This document shows positions 36,936-47,417 of a stretch of DNA of 64,000 nt, one piece after another. The number at the start of each line of letters is the position of its first letter. Position 1 is the first letter of the stretch. A model generated the notes under the pieces. That model did no database searches. It saw only the letters and a program-made list of their open reading frames with translations, and was not told where the DNA came from. The translations under genes were made by a program, and so were the position numbers. Source of the DNA: Candidatus Melainabacteria bacterium 17Bon1m (lineage in GTDB: Bacteria > Cyanobacteriota > Vampirovibrionia > Obscuribacterales > Obscuribacteraceae); NCBI GenBank assembly GCA_032128875.1, contig JAVLKG010000006.1:256001-320000 (forward strand). Direction: 5' to 3'.

Positions 36936-38597
36936 ATGTCGAAGTCAAATGGCCTCGAGCGGGGTAACTCCGTGAAACTTATCATTCAGGTTTTGTTGGT
37001 CTCGATTGTTCTGATAATGTTTTCCGGGCAATCGACGGTCGGACAAACCCCGACTTCGCCGTCGTCTGAAGGCGCTGCTGTTGTAGTCAAAGGCAAGCGC
37101 CTTTTCTACTTTTACTCAAACATTGGCGAATACACTCCCCGGCAGCGAGCGATTATGGCTTCCGAGGCATTGCAGCGATTAGCCGAGAACCCTGACTTTG
37201 ACGTTGATTCGATAAGAGTGCAGGAGACGCCTTCCGGCACGGATATTGTGTCTGGCTCCACGATAATTGCGACGGTGACTCCCGAAGACGCAAAAATTGC
37301 ACAATCCTCAACTACTCAGATGGCGAACAATTTCGCATCGCGGGTGCGACTTGCCGTATCTGAGCGCCGGGAAGAAACAACCACGTCCAACATGGCGATT
37401 GGTGTTGGTTTGTCTGTTGTGGCGACAATAATTCTTTTGCTGTCGCTAGTTTTAGTGAGCAAACTTGCCGCGGATTTGTGTATTTCAATCGGCCGTCAGC
37501 GCGGACACGCAATCAAAGGATTGAAGATTCAGAACGCCGAACTCATCGGTGCGAATGCTCTCGCTGACTTGCTTTTGACAATCGTGAAGTTCTCGCAGAT
37601 TCTTCTTTTGTTTTCCCTGCTGGCTACATATGTAGTGCAGGTTCTGGGGTTTTTCCCTGGTACAAAACATCTCGCCAAAGCGGTGATTGCGAATACGCTG
37701 GTACCACTTGCTTCTATTTGGGAGAAAGTGATTGAGTACTTCCCATCTCTGGTGATGCTCGTTCTCATCACACTAATCACCTATGCGGTGATGGGATTTG
37801 CGCGATTCTTCTTCGACTCTTTGCGAGACGGAACCATCAAATTTGCCGATTTCGACCCGGATTGGGCGGAGCCGACTTTCAAACTCTCAAGGTTCCTCAT
37901 CCTTGCGTTTGCCATGATGGTTGCTATGCCATACCTGCCAGGCTGGGAATCTCCAGCGTTCAAACAGGTGGGGTTGGTAGTTGGTATTTTGGTTTCCTTT
38001 GGTTCTACCGGTGTGGTCAGCAATGTTATGGCTGGCGCTGTTTTGACCTACACTAACGCTTTCAAATTTGGAGACCGTGTGAAGATCGGAGATACCGTCG
38101 GTGATATCGTTGAGAAAAATCTCTTTGTGACTAAAGTTCGAACGCCTAAGAATGAGATGGTGTCGATTCCGAACGGGTCAATCATGACGTCGAATGTCAC
38201 TAACTACTCAACTCTGGCACGCGAGAAGCAACTGATTTTATATACGTCCGTCACCATCGGTTATGACGAGCCCTGGGCGCAAGTTGAATCATGTCTGATG
38301 GCGGCTGCAGCTGAAAGCTATGGAATATTGAAAGACCCCAAACCTTTCATCCTTCAGAACGAACTCGCTGATTTCTATGTCGACTATCAGCTAAATGTGT
38401 ATACAGACTTGGCCAACGAAATGCCCGTCGTTTACTCCGAATTGCATAAGAAGATTCAGGATAAATTCAACGAAGCTGGCATGGAAATTATGTCTCCGCA
38501 TTTCTTTGCGGTCCGTGATGGAAACGAAATCGCAATTCCTAAGCAATATCGCGGCGACAATTACAAACGCCCGACCTTTGGAATCACCCAGGCGTAG
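36936..38597 (+). CDS. MscS-family mechanosensitive channel with N-terminal periplasmic domain
   Basis: FGSTGVVSNVMAG, FKFGDRVKIG, IPNG, VTIGYD, FNEAGMEIMSPHF. Confidence 0.9.
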   Translation: MSKSNGLERGNSVKLIIQVLLVSIVLIMFSGQSTVGQTPTSPSSEGAAVVVKGKRLFYFYSNIGEYTPRQRAIMASEALQRLAENPDFDVDSIRVQETPSGTDIVSGSTIIATVTPEDAKIAQSSTTQMANNFASRVRLAVSERREETTTSNMAIGVGLSVVATIILLLSLVLVSKLAADLCISIGRQRGHAIKGLKIQNAELIGANALADLLLTIVKFSQILLLFSLLATYVVQVLGFFPGTKHLAKAVIANTLVPLASIWEKVIEYFPSLVMLVLITLITYAVMGFARFFFDSLRDGTIKFADFDPDWAEPTFKLSRFLILAFAMMVAMPYLPGWESPAFKQVGLVVGILVSFGSTGVVSNVMAGAVLTYTNAFKFGDRVKIGDTVGDIVEKNLFVTKVRTPKNEMVSIPNGSIMTSNVTNYSTLAREKQLILYTSVTIGYDEPWAQVESCLMAAAAESYGILKDPKPFILQNELADFYVDYQLNVYTDLANEMPVVYSELHKKIQDKFNEAGMEIMSPHFFAVRDGNEIAIPKQYRGDNYKRPTFGITQA

Positions 38598-38606
38598 AAT
38601 TAATCC

Positions 38607-38659
38607 GTAGGGGAGGCACATGTGCCTCCCTGCTAGGGAGAAGCATGCGGCTCCACTAC
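38607..38659. repeat. Inverted pair of REP-like elements (GTAG...CTAC)
   Basis: GTAG-GGGAGGCAC-AT-GTGCCTCCC followed by a degenerate inverted copy ending CTAC. Confidence 0.6.
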
Positions 38660-38795
38660 GGTTGGATTAGATCACAGTCATGTATTGCTGAATGGCGCGC
38701 TTATTTGGCGATGCGGCCTTACAATTTTCACATTGAAATAGCCGCGTGGAAGCCCATCAAATGAGAGGCGGCTAAGTATTGCGAGAACATAAGCC

Positions 38796-40157
38796 ATGTC
38801 TAAGATGTCGCATGATAAGGGTTTCCTCGATCTTTTCTTAAGTGTCCAAAAGGGCGAGCGCACGATAACAGCGTTGCTGTTCACGTGGATCTTTCTCTTC
38901 ATTTGTGTGTATTACATTCTTCGTCCAATTCGGCGCGGTCTATTTCTCGCGGGGTTGGGCAATGAATATATGCCGCTGGTATATATAGGTACCGCGCTCT
39001 TCACTGGCGCCGTCGTTTGGCTCTATTCCAAGTTTTCAAAAGCTCCGCGAAAGATTTTGATCAGTTCCGTCTATGGAATTTTCATCGTCAATTTGCTTGC
39101 GTGGTGGCAAATCTTCAAATACGAATCACCTGTTGCATCGGGTGCATTCTGGGTTTGGCTCGATGTTTTCTCAATCATGGGCGTGACGCTTTTCTGGATG
39201 TACGCCAATGATGTTTGCGATTCGAACAAAGCGAAGCGTCTCTTTGGTGTCATTGCTGCAGGCGCTGGACTGGGAGCTGTTCTTGGAAGCACGATAACTG
39301 CGTGTCTTATCGGCAGTATTGGAACCAGCAATCTCCTTCTTGTGGCAGCGGGTTTGGTTGCTTTGACTCTCGGACTGTTTCACGTCCTCGAAGCACTCAA
39401 CAAGAAAAAGAATGTTGTAGAACGTGCTGCAGCGCCTGAGTTCGAGAAGGCAAAAGTTTCGAACATATCTGGCGCGTTCAAACTTATTTTTCAAAACAAG
39501 TTTTTGCTGTGTCTATTTTTTGTTGTCGCATTCGAACGCGTGACACCGGACATGGTGCAATTCCTATACAACGATATTCTTAAAAACATGGCTACCGGCC
39601 GTGATGCAATTGCCGCTATTGACGCTAATCTCGAGCGCTGGCGCGGCATTGTCGAATTTGTAGTCGAGCTGTTTCTTGTTAGCGCCATTGTGCGCAAGTT
39701 GGGATCTGGCTTCTGCCTTTCATCTTCTGCGGGATTGATTTTCGCCGGTGTGACAATGTTTGCCTTTGTCCCTAATCCTGTGATTCTGATGGCTGTTTTC
39801 CATGGCGATGAAGCGATGCGCCATGCCTGGTTCAAAGCCGCAAAAGAGCTGATGTATACCGTCACCAGTCGGGATGTTTTGTATAACGTAAAGCCTGTGA
39901 TTGAGATGTTCGTGTACAGAATGGCGCGAGGCGTTGCCGGTGTGATTATTTTTGTAGTCAACACTGCCCTCGGTCTAGGAGCCAAAGGTGTAATGGCGGC
40001 AGCGGCAATCTGCGCCTTGAGTTGGCTGTACTGCGGCTGGAAGTTGAGCAAAGAGTATTCGCGCTTGGAAATGGAAGCGACTCGACGCGCTCTCGAAGCA
40101 CAGCTTGGCGAGGGTAGTCTCCTTGCAAAAGAGGTTTCTAGCGCAGCTCCAGTTTAA
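38796..40157 (+). CDS. NTT/TLC (ATP/ADP translocase-like) MFS transporter
   Basis: YYILRPIRRG, FWMYANDV..AKRLFGVIAAGAGLGA, AKELMY..KPVIEMFVYR; about 12 TM helices. Confidence 0.75.
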   Translation: MSKMSHDKGFLDLFLSVQKGERTITALLFTWIFLFICVYYILRPIRRGLFLAGLGNEYMPLVYIGTALFTGAVVWLYSKFSKAPRKILISSVYGIFIVNLLAWWQIFKYESPVASGAFWVWLDVFSIMGVTLFWMYANDVCDSNKAKRLFGVIAAGAGLGAVLGSTITACLIGSIGTSNLLLVAAGLVALTLGLFHVLEALNKKKNVVERAAAPEFEKAKVSNISGAFKLIFQNKFLLCLFFVVAFERVTPDMVQFLYNDILKNMATGRDAIAAIDANLERWRGIVEFVVELFLVSAIVRKLGSGFCLSSSAGLIFAGVTMFAFVPNPVILMAVFHGDEAMRHAWFKAAKELMYTVTSRDVLYNVKPVIEMFVYRMARGVAGVIIFVVNTALGLGAKGVMAAAAICALSWLYCGWKLSKEYSRLEMEATRRALEAQLGEGSLLAKEVSSAAPV

Positions 40158-40383
40158 GGTAGGACCAACGCTATACGTCGACTATCAATTAGGTAACCAC
40201 GGCAAATGTTGCAGAGCGTCAACTGCGGTGTAGGCTTCTACTTCTAGCGTTTCGAGCGTTTCGCCGGTATTTGCCACGACGTGTTAGGCAAGATTCAGAC
40301 AATTCATTCTTCCTCTGTATATGATCAAACTTCTATTGTGCAAAGGACAGCGAGCTTTTGGCGCTTTTAAGTTGGAGACTTGC

Positions 40384-41373
40384 GTGAAACATTCAAGAAT
40401 TGCAGCAATATTTTTTGTTCTTTCGACTCTTGCGGTGGGCACTAACTGCCAGACTCCTCTAGCTTTAGCGGGCGAAACACCTGCGCATAGTCGCAAGCCG
40501 GTAATCGGAATCAACTGCGATATCGATGGTGAAAAGCCCCGACTGATTGCCCTTTCCGCACCATATGTCCAGGCTTTGAAAAACGTGGGCGCGATACCGG
40601 TAATTTTGCCTCCAATGCCTGAAGAAGATCTGACTGCAATTCTCGGAAAACTCGATGGAGTGCTGATGGTTGGGGGCGCTGACTATCCGCCTGCGCTTTA
40701 CGGTCAAAAGAATGAACCGAAGACTGTGCTCATGGACGAAGAACGTTGGCGCTTCGATGTTCTTCTTGCGAAGACCGTTGTAGACAAAACGAAGCTGCCT
40801 TTCCTCGGCATTTGTGCAGGCAGTCAGGCGCTAAACATCTCGCGCGGTGGTTCGTTGATACAAGACATTCCAACAAAACTTCCCGAGATGAAAGTTGCGC
40901 ATGCCAGCAAAGATGGTTGGCAGAAAGGGTTTAACAAGCACGAAGTCAATTTTGCAAAGTTGACCAAATTGAAAGGTATTTACGGCATAGATAAGCTCAG
41001 CGTTCCGACTTCACATCACCAATGCGTTGACAAAGTCGGCGACGACCTTCAGATTGCTGCCACTGCGGACGATGGCATGATAGAAGCTGTCGAATTGAAA
41101 GGAAAACGATTTGTAGTCGGTGTTCAATGGCACCCAGAGCGCGACTTTTCTGCAAACCAACAATTGTTCAAAAACTTCATCAGTGCTGCTCAGGAAATCG
41201 CTGATTCGAAAATCGCTGATTCGAAAATCACTGATTCGAAAACCCCTGATTCGAAATCTAGCGAATCTAAAGACGCTAACGAAGCGACTGGTCGAAACAA
41301 CTCGACCACTTCTAGCAGCTCGAATAAATCTGGCGAAACGGCTGGCATTCAGAGCAGGTTTACCGCGGAGTAA
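40384..41373 (+). CDS. Peptidase C26 / gamma-glutamyl-gamma-aminobutyrate hydrolase family, apparently exported
   Basis: LDGVLMVGGAD, LGICAGSQ, SHHQ, GVQWHPE; likely GTG start at 40384 after GGAG, followed by a signal-like segment. Confidence 0.85.
   Translation: MKHSRIAAIFFVLSTLAVGTNCQTPLALAGETPAHSRKPVIGINCDIDGEKPRLIALSAPYVQALKNVGAIPVILPPMPEEDLTAILGKLDGVLMVGGADYPPALYGQKNEPKTVLMDEERWRFDVLLAKTVVDKTKLPFLGICAGSQALNISRGGSLIQDIPTKLPEMKVAHASKDGWQKGFNKHEVNFAKLTKLKGIYGIDKLSVPTSHHQCVDKVGDDLQIAATADDGMIEAVELKGKRFVVGVQWHPERDFSANQQLFKNFISAAQEIADSKIADSKITDSKTPDSKSSESKDANEATGRNNSTTSSSSNKSGETAGIQSRFTAE
41195..41256 (+). repeat. 15-bp intragenic tandem repeat (about four copies) encoding IADSK/ITDSK/TPDSK
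   Basis: AAATCGCTGATTCGA repeated with substitutions. Confidence 0.85.
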
Positions 41374-41703
41374 CCGTTTTCTTGCGTACGGTTTTCTGTA
41401 AAGTCTGAAAACCCTTGCAATTGCTAGGTAGTACGTAATGCTGCGTGATATTTCGGAATTGCTTGCGCTCCAATCCTTCAAATCCAGCCGGTTCTTTAAT
41501 CATGGAGTCAGATTGTTGTCACACGATTTTGATACGAATATCACGGAACGAATTTGTGGACGTTGAGGTCTTTGAAAATAACTCACTAAGAAGTGTGATT
41601 TTCACCTGAGATTAATCACTACCATTAGTGAAAAAGTTGAATTTTAGAGGCTATTGGAGCTTTGGTTTGGGATAATTGAGGTGAGACGTAAGGTGCTGTA
41701 AGC

Positions 41704-43836
41704 ATGAACTTGTTGCGATTCAATGCTCTTGCCGACATCGTGTCGGCAGTGCGAAAGTACAAATGCCGTGCGTCGGATCTCGAGTCCCGCGCCCAAGAGT
41801 TGTCGCAGCTGCTAGTGCAAAAATTTTCTGTGGATGGAAAACCGGCATTAAAGTCTGCGCGGCTATTTTTCGTTCCTTTCGACAAAGTAACTGATAGTTC
41901 TGAGCGTGCTGTAGTCACCGAAACCGAAATTCGTCAGGTTACAGATCGTCCGTCAAAGCGCGCCAATCGGAAAGGTACGGTTATGTACCTGGAGAATAGC
42001 GGCAGTGCAGTCAGCTTTGTGAGCGCTCCAACCAGCAAACAGCCGAAGAAGAAGGAGCAGCAATCGTCTCAGGAGGCTAACCCTGACGATCTACCATCGG
42101 AAAATGGCGCAAAGGTAGTAGCGACGGTGCGTGCCAGCGACGAATTGCAGTTTGTCGTGACGCTTGAAATGACGGTGAAATTGGCACCTGATGTCGCGCC
42201 ATACTTTCGCGTTCTTTCATCGATGCTCGCGTCAAAAGTGACAGACAACGACATTTTTTCCAAAGATATTTCAGAGGAATGGGCAGAGCTATACGAGCAC
42301 GCCTTTGAAGAGTTATCGCGAAGCGAATTTCATATCGTTGAGCGCACTAAGGCGCAAGGATTAGAGTTCACCACAGATGATACCGACCATTTTTCGGAGT
42401 GGTCGCATAGTCTCGCGGAGTCTTTGCCGCTGATAGTGTGGACTGCGCTTCCTGATGGTTATGTCAATTTCGTCAACAGCAAATGGGCCGATTACACCGG
42501 ATTGAAGTCGGTGGATGCTCACGGCAAAGGCTGGCAACGCGCTCTGCACCCTGATGATTTCGAGCGGGCAACGAAGAGGTTTGAGCATTGCATGAAAACA
42601 GGAGAGCTCTTCGAAAACGAGCATCGCTTGCTTGATTTAAATACACGGCAGTATCGCTGGTTTCTCGCCCAAGGTGTCCCAGTAAGAGATCGTGACGGCA
42701 ACATTAAGAGCTGGTTTGGAACTGCCACAGATATTGATGAGCAAAAGCGCGTAAATGAACGCTTGCAATTTGTGATGGATACAATTCCCGCTGCAATTTT
42801 TTGGAAAGACAAAAACAGCGTTTATCTCGGCTGCAACAAGACGTTTGCTAACATTGCCGGGCTTTCTCATGTTGACCAGATCGTCGGCAAGACTGATTTC
42901 GACATGCCTTGGACTTCGGATGAGACTGAGTTCTACCATCTGTGTGATCGCAAAGTTATGGAAGAGAATCAGCCCCAGTTCAATATACTCGAGCCATTGA
43001 CCAAGAAAGATGGTGAAGTCTCGTGGCTGAATACATCCAAAATGCCTATGCATGATGCATCAGGAAATGTTATTGGCATTTTGGCGCACTTTGAAGACAT
43101 CACGAAAACCATTCAACTGCAGTCGCAGAGAGAGGACTTCATGGCCTCGCTCGCTCACGATTTGAAGGTACCTGTGATAGGTGCTATTCGCGCCCTTGAT
43201 GCCCTTCTTCAAGGGTATGTTGGTCCGCTCGATCATAAGCAAACTGATTTCATTCAGTGCCTGCATCGCAGCCATGAAAATCTTTTGCTGATGGTGAAAA
43301 ACCTTTTGCAAGTGCTGCGCTATGAATCAGGCAAAGATCAATTCATATTCGAACATTTCGATCTGGTCGGTATTTTGAACGATTGTCTCAAGGACGCTGG
43401 TCCGGCCATGACAGCAAAACATATTCACCTGGAGTTTGAGGCACCGAAAAAGCTTATTCTCAATGCAGACAGAGTCGCTGTGAAATCTCTCATCGTAAAT
43501 TTGATCGGTAATGCGATCAACTCTGCGCCTGAGCACACACAGGTAAAAGTCAATCTTGAAGCCACGGACAAGCAGGCCACGCTTGAGGTTCATAACGGTG
43601 GGGAGCCGATAAGCGAAGAGGATATGGAACAACTCTTCCAGCGATTGTGGCAAGGCAAGCGCTTTGGCGCAGGAGCGGGACTGGGACTTTTCCTCTGTCG
43701 TCAGATTGCAGAGGGGCATAATGGCTCGATGTCGTGTATCAGTTCTCGTGAAGAGGGCACGGTCATGCGCTTTTCACTTCCAATCACCCCTGCTTCGCCG
43801 GGACATGGAAAGCAAATTAAGCCGAAGAATGTGTAG
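41704..43836 (+). CDS. Cytoplasmic PAS-PAS sensor histidine kinase
   Basis: Two PAS/PAC domains (WQRALHPDD; IFWKDKNSVYLGCN), H-box LAHDLKVP, NLIGNA, GLGLFLC. Confidence 0.9.
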   Translation: MNLLRFNALADIVSAVRKYKCRASDLESRAQELSQLLVQKFSVDGKPALKSARLFFVPFDKVTDSSERAVVTETEIRQVTDRPSKRANRKGTVMYLENSGSAVSFVSAPTSKQPKKKEQQSSQEANPDDLPSENGAKVVATVRASDELQFVVTLEMTVKLAPDVAPYFRVLSSMLASKVTDNDIFSKDISEEWAELYEHAFEELSRSEFHIVERTKAQGLEFTTDDTDHFSEWSHSLAESLPLIVWTALPDGYVNFVNSKWADYTGLKSVDAHGKGWQRALHPDDFERATKRFEHCMKTGELFENEHRLLDLNTRQYRWFLAQGVPVRDRDGNIKSWFGTATDIDEQKRVNERLQFVMDTIPAAIFWKDKNSVYLGCNKTFANIAGLSHVDQIVGKTDFDMPWTSDETEFYHLCDRKVMEENQPQFNILEPLTKKDGEVSWLNTSKMPMHDASGNVIGILAHFEDITKTIQLQSQREDFMASLAHDLKVPVIGAIRALDALLQGYVGPLDHKQTDFIQCLHRSHENLLLMVKNLLQVLRYESGKDQFIFEHFDLVGILNDCLKDAGPAMTAKHIHLEFEAPKKLILNADRVAVKSLIVNLIGNAINSAPEHTQVKVNLEATDKQATLEVHNGGEPISEEDMEQLFQRLWQGKRFGAGAGLGLFLCRQIAEGHNGSMSCISSREEGTVMRFSLPITPASPGHGKQIKPKNV

Positions 43837-44004
43837 TGTGGATTAGTGCAGATTAGTGCAGTGCGCTGTATGGTTGTGTATTGCGGAACCGCCTTATGCG
43901 GTGAAGTGTGATGAATTGCGACTCTTATGAGGTTTCCTCTCGTGCATTTTGGCGGTCTGTGCCAAAATCTTGTGATGGAAACCCTAAATCGGGCTTGAAC
44001 TCGA

Positions 44005-45354
44005 TTGACCGAAGCTAGATTTACCAACGAACAGCTAACAGTGCGGATTCTCATGATCTCCGGCGCGCTGACGTGTTTGGCTGGGTTGAATTGCGGTTGG
44101 TTTGGTCCGCTTGTGCCGTCAATTGCGGTTTCCCAGAAAGTCCCTTTAGTCGAAGCCGGTTCTCTAATAAGCGTCTACAGCGGCGGCTCGCTCATTCCTC
44201 TGGCAATCGGGCGCCAGCTATTGGAAAGATTTGGCGGTCGCAGGTGCTTGTTGAGCGCAGCCCTTCTATTTATGTGTGGCTTGTCCATCCTATCTTTCGG
44301 CAGCGGCATAATCGGCATGTCGGTAGGCGCCGCGGCCCTTGGTGTGGGCGCCGGGCTCAACGGTATTGCCGGCACGATATGCCTTCTTCGACTGTCTACA
44401 GGCTCCAGTGCTGCCTCGCTGGGAAAGCTCAACGTCTTTTTTGGCATCGGCGCATTGTTGGGACCAGTCGTGGCGTTGGTCGGCTTGAACTCACCTTGGT
44501 CATACCACGCTGTCTATGCATTTGGTGCTTTGTACGCCGCAACCGTCTTAGTCGTGGCGTTTTTGGCTAAAGGAATCGACGTCAGAGTACCGCCGGTAGA
44601 CGCTACCGTTTCGAAGTTTCGCCCACTGCAATTGCCAGCACTTCTCTACACCGTGTCTGTCTTCTTGTATGTAGGAGTAGAAGTCGCGCTTGCGACCTGG
44701 CTTTTCACCTACCTCAATGCTTCCTGCAATCTCTCTAAAGAATTGGCCGGCTGGAGCATGACAGCACTCTGGGCTGGTTTGACCACTGGTCGAATGTCTG
44801 CCGTACAACTGTTTAAGTACATTCCGGCCCGCCGCATTGCTCTAGCCGCAATGGGTATCGCATTCTCTGTGATTTTTCTTTTGGCTACTCACCCCGGGTT
44901 GGGACCTGGGTCGCTGGGGGTCATATTTCTTTTAGGGCTCGGTTTTGGTCCGATTTTCCCGACGCTGGTTTCGAGCGCATCAGAACGCTATAACCAACAC
45001 ATTGCCTCGATTACTTCCCTTGTTGTCACTGCGGGTGCGCTCGCAGGCATAACCTTTCCCATCTTTGTAGGTCAGATCTTTTCGAAATTTGGTCATCGAC
45101 CCGGAATGCTTGTTCTCGCGTTGTTTTCCAGTGCGCTGCCGTTGGTTTTTTACACCGTTCAATTTTATTTAGCGCGAAAGGCGGAAAATTCAGGCTCGTC
45201 GAAAACACCTAATGATTTGGACGTACCGATTGGCTCTTTGGGCGCAGAAACCATTGGAACATCCAGGAGCGATACTGGTTTTTCAACGCGCATAAATTCC
45301 GCTCCGGATATGAGTGTTCAGCAAGAGCGAGCCCCGGCTGAGCCAATGCATTAG
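44005..45354 (+). CDS. MFS transporter (FucP/TsgA-like)
   Basis: FFGIGALLGP, FLYVGVE, LGFGPIFP; 12 TM helices. Confidence 0.85.
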   Translation: MTEARFTNEQLTVRILMISGALTCLAGLNCGWFGPLVPSIAVSQKVPLVEAGSLISVYSGGSLIPLAIGRQLLERFGGRRCLLSAALLFMCGLSILSFGSGIIGMSVGAAALGVGAGLNGIAGTICLLRLSTGSSAASLGKLNVFFGIGALLGPVVALVGLNSPWSYHAVYAFGALYAATVLVVAFLAKGIDVRVPPVDATVSKFRPLQLPALLYTVSVFLYVGVEVALATWLFTYLNASCNLSKELAGWSMTALWAGLTTGRMSAVQLFKYIPARRIALAAMGIAFSVIFLLATHPGLGPGSLGVIFLLGLGFGPIFPTLVSSASERYNQHIASITSLVVTAGALAGITFPIFVGQIFSKFGHRPGMLVLALFSSALPLVFYTVQFYLARKAENSGSSKTPNDLDVPIGSLGAETIGTSRSDTGFSTRINSAPDMSVQQERAPAEPMH

Positions 45355-45450
45355 TTGCTTGGACTGTCCTATAACTGTATCGGCTCCGACCGGCTGAGTG
45401 CCCAAAAACCTTGACAGGCAAGCAAAAGCCGACTCTTTGTTTCGCAATGG

Positions 45451-45482
45451 ATAGTTAGGTAAGCTAACTATTAGTCTATAAT
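45451..45482 (+). promoter_or_regulatory. MarR-type palindromic operator overlapping the promoter of the efflux operon
   Basis: ATAGTTAG-GTAAG-CTAACTAT at 45451-45471; TATAAT at 45477-45482. Confidence 0.7.
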
Positions 45483-45508
45483 TATATTGACATGCTGAAG
45501 AGGCGGTA

Positions 45509-45961
45509 ATGGTTGCCACAGAGCCAACTTCCACCATATGTTCGAGGGAAATCCTAGAATCCATTCCTGTTGTCATGCACTACATCAGGCGCGGAATTCG
45601 GCGCGAGCTTGGAGACAAAGCATCGGTACCGCAGATTCGAGCACTCTCGTTTATTCGCCGAAATCCTTCGACCACACTTACGACTGTTTCTGAATATCTT
45701 GCGGTCAGCAATGCCACCACGTCGAGCATTGTCGATCGCCTGGTCAAAAAGGGCCTTGTTAGTCGGAGTGAAGATCCCAATGAGCGGCGCTGCTTGCAAC
45801 TCAAATTGACCCAAAAGGGTCAGGAAGAGTATCGCGTGGTCGAAGATCTCGCCATTTCCGAGCTTACGAAAGTGCTCATGCGTTTGCCTGACGATAAGGT
45901 AAAGCAGATTCAAACTGGACTGCGCATTCTAAAAGAAGCGATGGAGGAGGAGCGCAAGTAA
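45509..45961 (+). CDS. MarR family transcriptional regulator
   Basis: IVDRLVKKGLVSRSEDPNERR..LTQKG. Confidence 0.92.
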   Translation: MVATEPTSTICSREILESIPVVMHYIRRGIRRELGDKASVPQIRALSFIRRNPSTTLTTVSEYLAVSNATTSSIVDRLVKKGLVSRSEDPNERRCLQLKLTQKGQEEYRVVEDLAISELTKVLMRLPDDKVKQIQTGLRILKEAMEEERK

Positions 45962-45962
45962 C

Positions 45963-47402
45963 ATGCTTACGCGCGACACCCAAACTTCAGAATCCAGCAG
46001 CAACACGCCGCCTGGAAAGTTGAACAACCGAATCGTGTCCTTGATTTTTGTTGTGGCGCTGATTGTTGTATTAGCTGGATTTGCTTACTTTACCGGTGAG
46101 CATGAGAAGAAACCCCCGGAAGTGAAACGAGCAGCAGTGGTGCGTGTTGCTACTGTTGAAAGAGCAAATGTGCCGCGGGTATTGAGAGCGCTCGGACACG
46201 TCGAACCAATGTCTACTGTTGCAGTACGTTCGCGAGTGGATGGGGAATTAGTTGATGTACTCTTCGCTGAGGGCGACCGAGTAAAAGCGGGACAGCGATT
46301 GTTTACCATCGACCCGCGTCCTTTTGACGAAGCAATTCGTCAGTGGACTGCAAAACTCGCCCAAGCCAAAGCCGATGTTTCAAAATGTCGTTCGTTGATT
46401 GCGAAGGATCGCTCAGAACTGGCTCGTTTGGCAGCAAATCGCGAGAAGGACATGGCGGAAGAAGCCAATGCTCGCCGTGATCATGCGCGTTATCAGGAAT
46501 TAGTGAAAGAGGGCGCGGTTTCTGTCGAGCAGGAGAATCGCTATGCCACCAATGTGGCGTCGCTTGCTGCAACAGTCAAAGCTGATACTGCTGCGATGGA
46601 AAATGAAAAGTCGGTGATTCAATCAGACCAGGCTCAACTCGAGGCTGCACAAGCGGCTCTAAAGGCTGCGGAATCTGATTTGCAGACCGCTCAATTGCAG
46701 CGCTCGTATTGCAGCATTACGGCGCCTATGGATGGAAAGACCGGTGCCTTGCTTGTTCACAGAGGGCAAATGGTAAAAGCCGGCGATACTACGAGTCTTG
46801 TTGTAATCAACAAAGTGAAGCCCGTGTACGTGAGTTTTTCCGTGCCAGAGCAAGACCTTCCGCGCATTCATGAACTGCAGAAGCAACATCCGCTTACGGT
46901 AGGGGTGGAAGGGCTCGCTGACCATGTCGGCGAGGTTAGAGGCACTCTCACTTTCATTGATAATAGTGTTCAACGCAACACAGGCACCATTTTGATGAAG
47001 GCGACGTTCTCGAATGAGAATGAAGTGCTGTGGCCTGGCACTTACGTGAAGGCAGTTCTCAATCTTGACACTATATATGATGCCGTCGTTGTGCCGAACC
47101 ATGCTGTTCAGGTCGGGCAGCAAGGACAGTATGTCTATGTTGTAGGACCGGACAATAAGGCGAATCTTGTCATCGTCAAGGTCAAGTACAGCGACGGAAA
47201 CACAAGTGTCATTGATGGCAATCTCGAGCCGGGCGATCAAATTGTGGTTGATGGGCACATGCAGTTGATGCCCGGCTCTTCGGTTGAAATACAACCAGGA
47301 GCACCGGCTCCAATACAACCCGGAACACCGGACCGAATACAACCTGGTGCAACCACCGAAGCACAGCAGCCGCCCACAACTACTCAGAGAAGCGCGCCGT
47401 AA
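45963..47402 (+). CDS. RND efflux membrane-fusion protein (MdtA-like)
   Basis: VRSRVDGEL..EGDRVKAGQRLFTIDPRPF, ITAPMDG, LWPG. Confidence 0.92.
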   Translation: MLTRDTQTSESSSNTPPGKLNNRIVSLIFVVALIVVLAGFAYFTGEHEKKPPEVKRAAVVRVATVERANVPRVLRALGHVEPMSTVAVRSRVDGELVDVLFAEGDRVKAGQRLFTIDPRPFDEAIRQWTAKLAQAKADVSKCRSLIAKDRSELARLAANREKDMAEEANARRDHARYQELVKEGAVSVEQENRYATNVASLAATVKADTAAMENEKSVIQSDQAQLEAAQAALKAAESDLQTAQLQRSYCSITAPMDGKTGALLVHRGQMVKAGDTTSLVVINKVKPVYVSFSVPEQDLPRIHELQKQHPLTVGVEGLADHVGEVRGTLTFIDNSVQRNTGTILMKATFSNENEVLWPGTYVKAVLNLDTIYDAVVVPNHAVQVGQQGQYVYVVGPDNKANLVIVKVKYSDGNTSVIDGNLEPGDQIVVDGHMQLMPGSSVEIQPGAPAPIQPGTPDRIQPGATTEAQQPPTTTQRSAP

Positions 47403-47417
47403 TTTGAGCCTTAGCTG

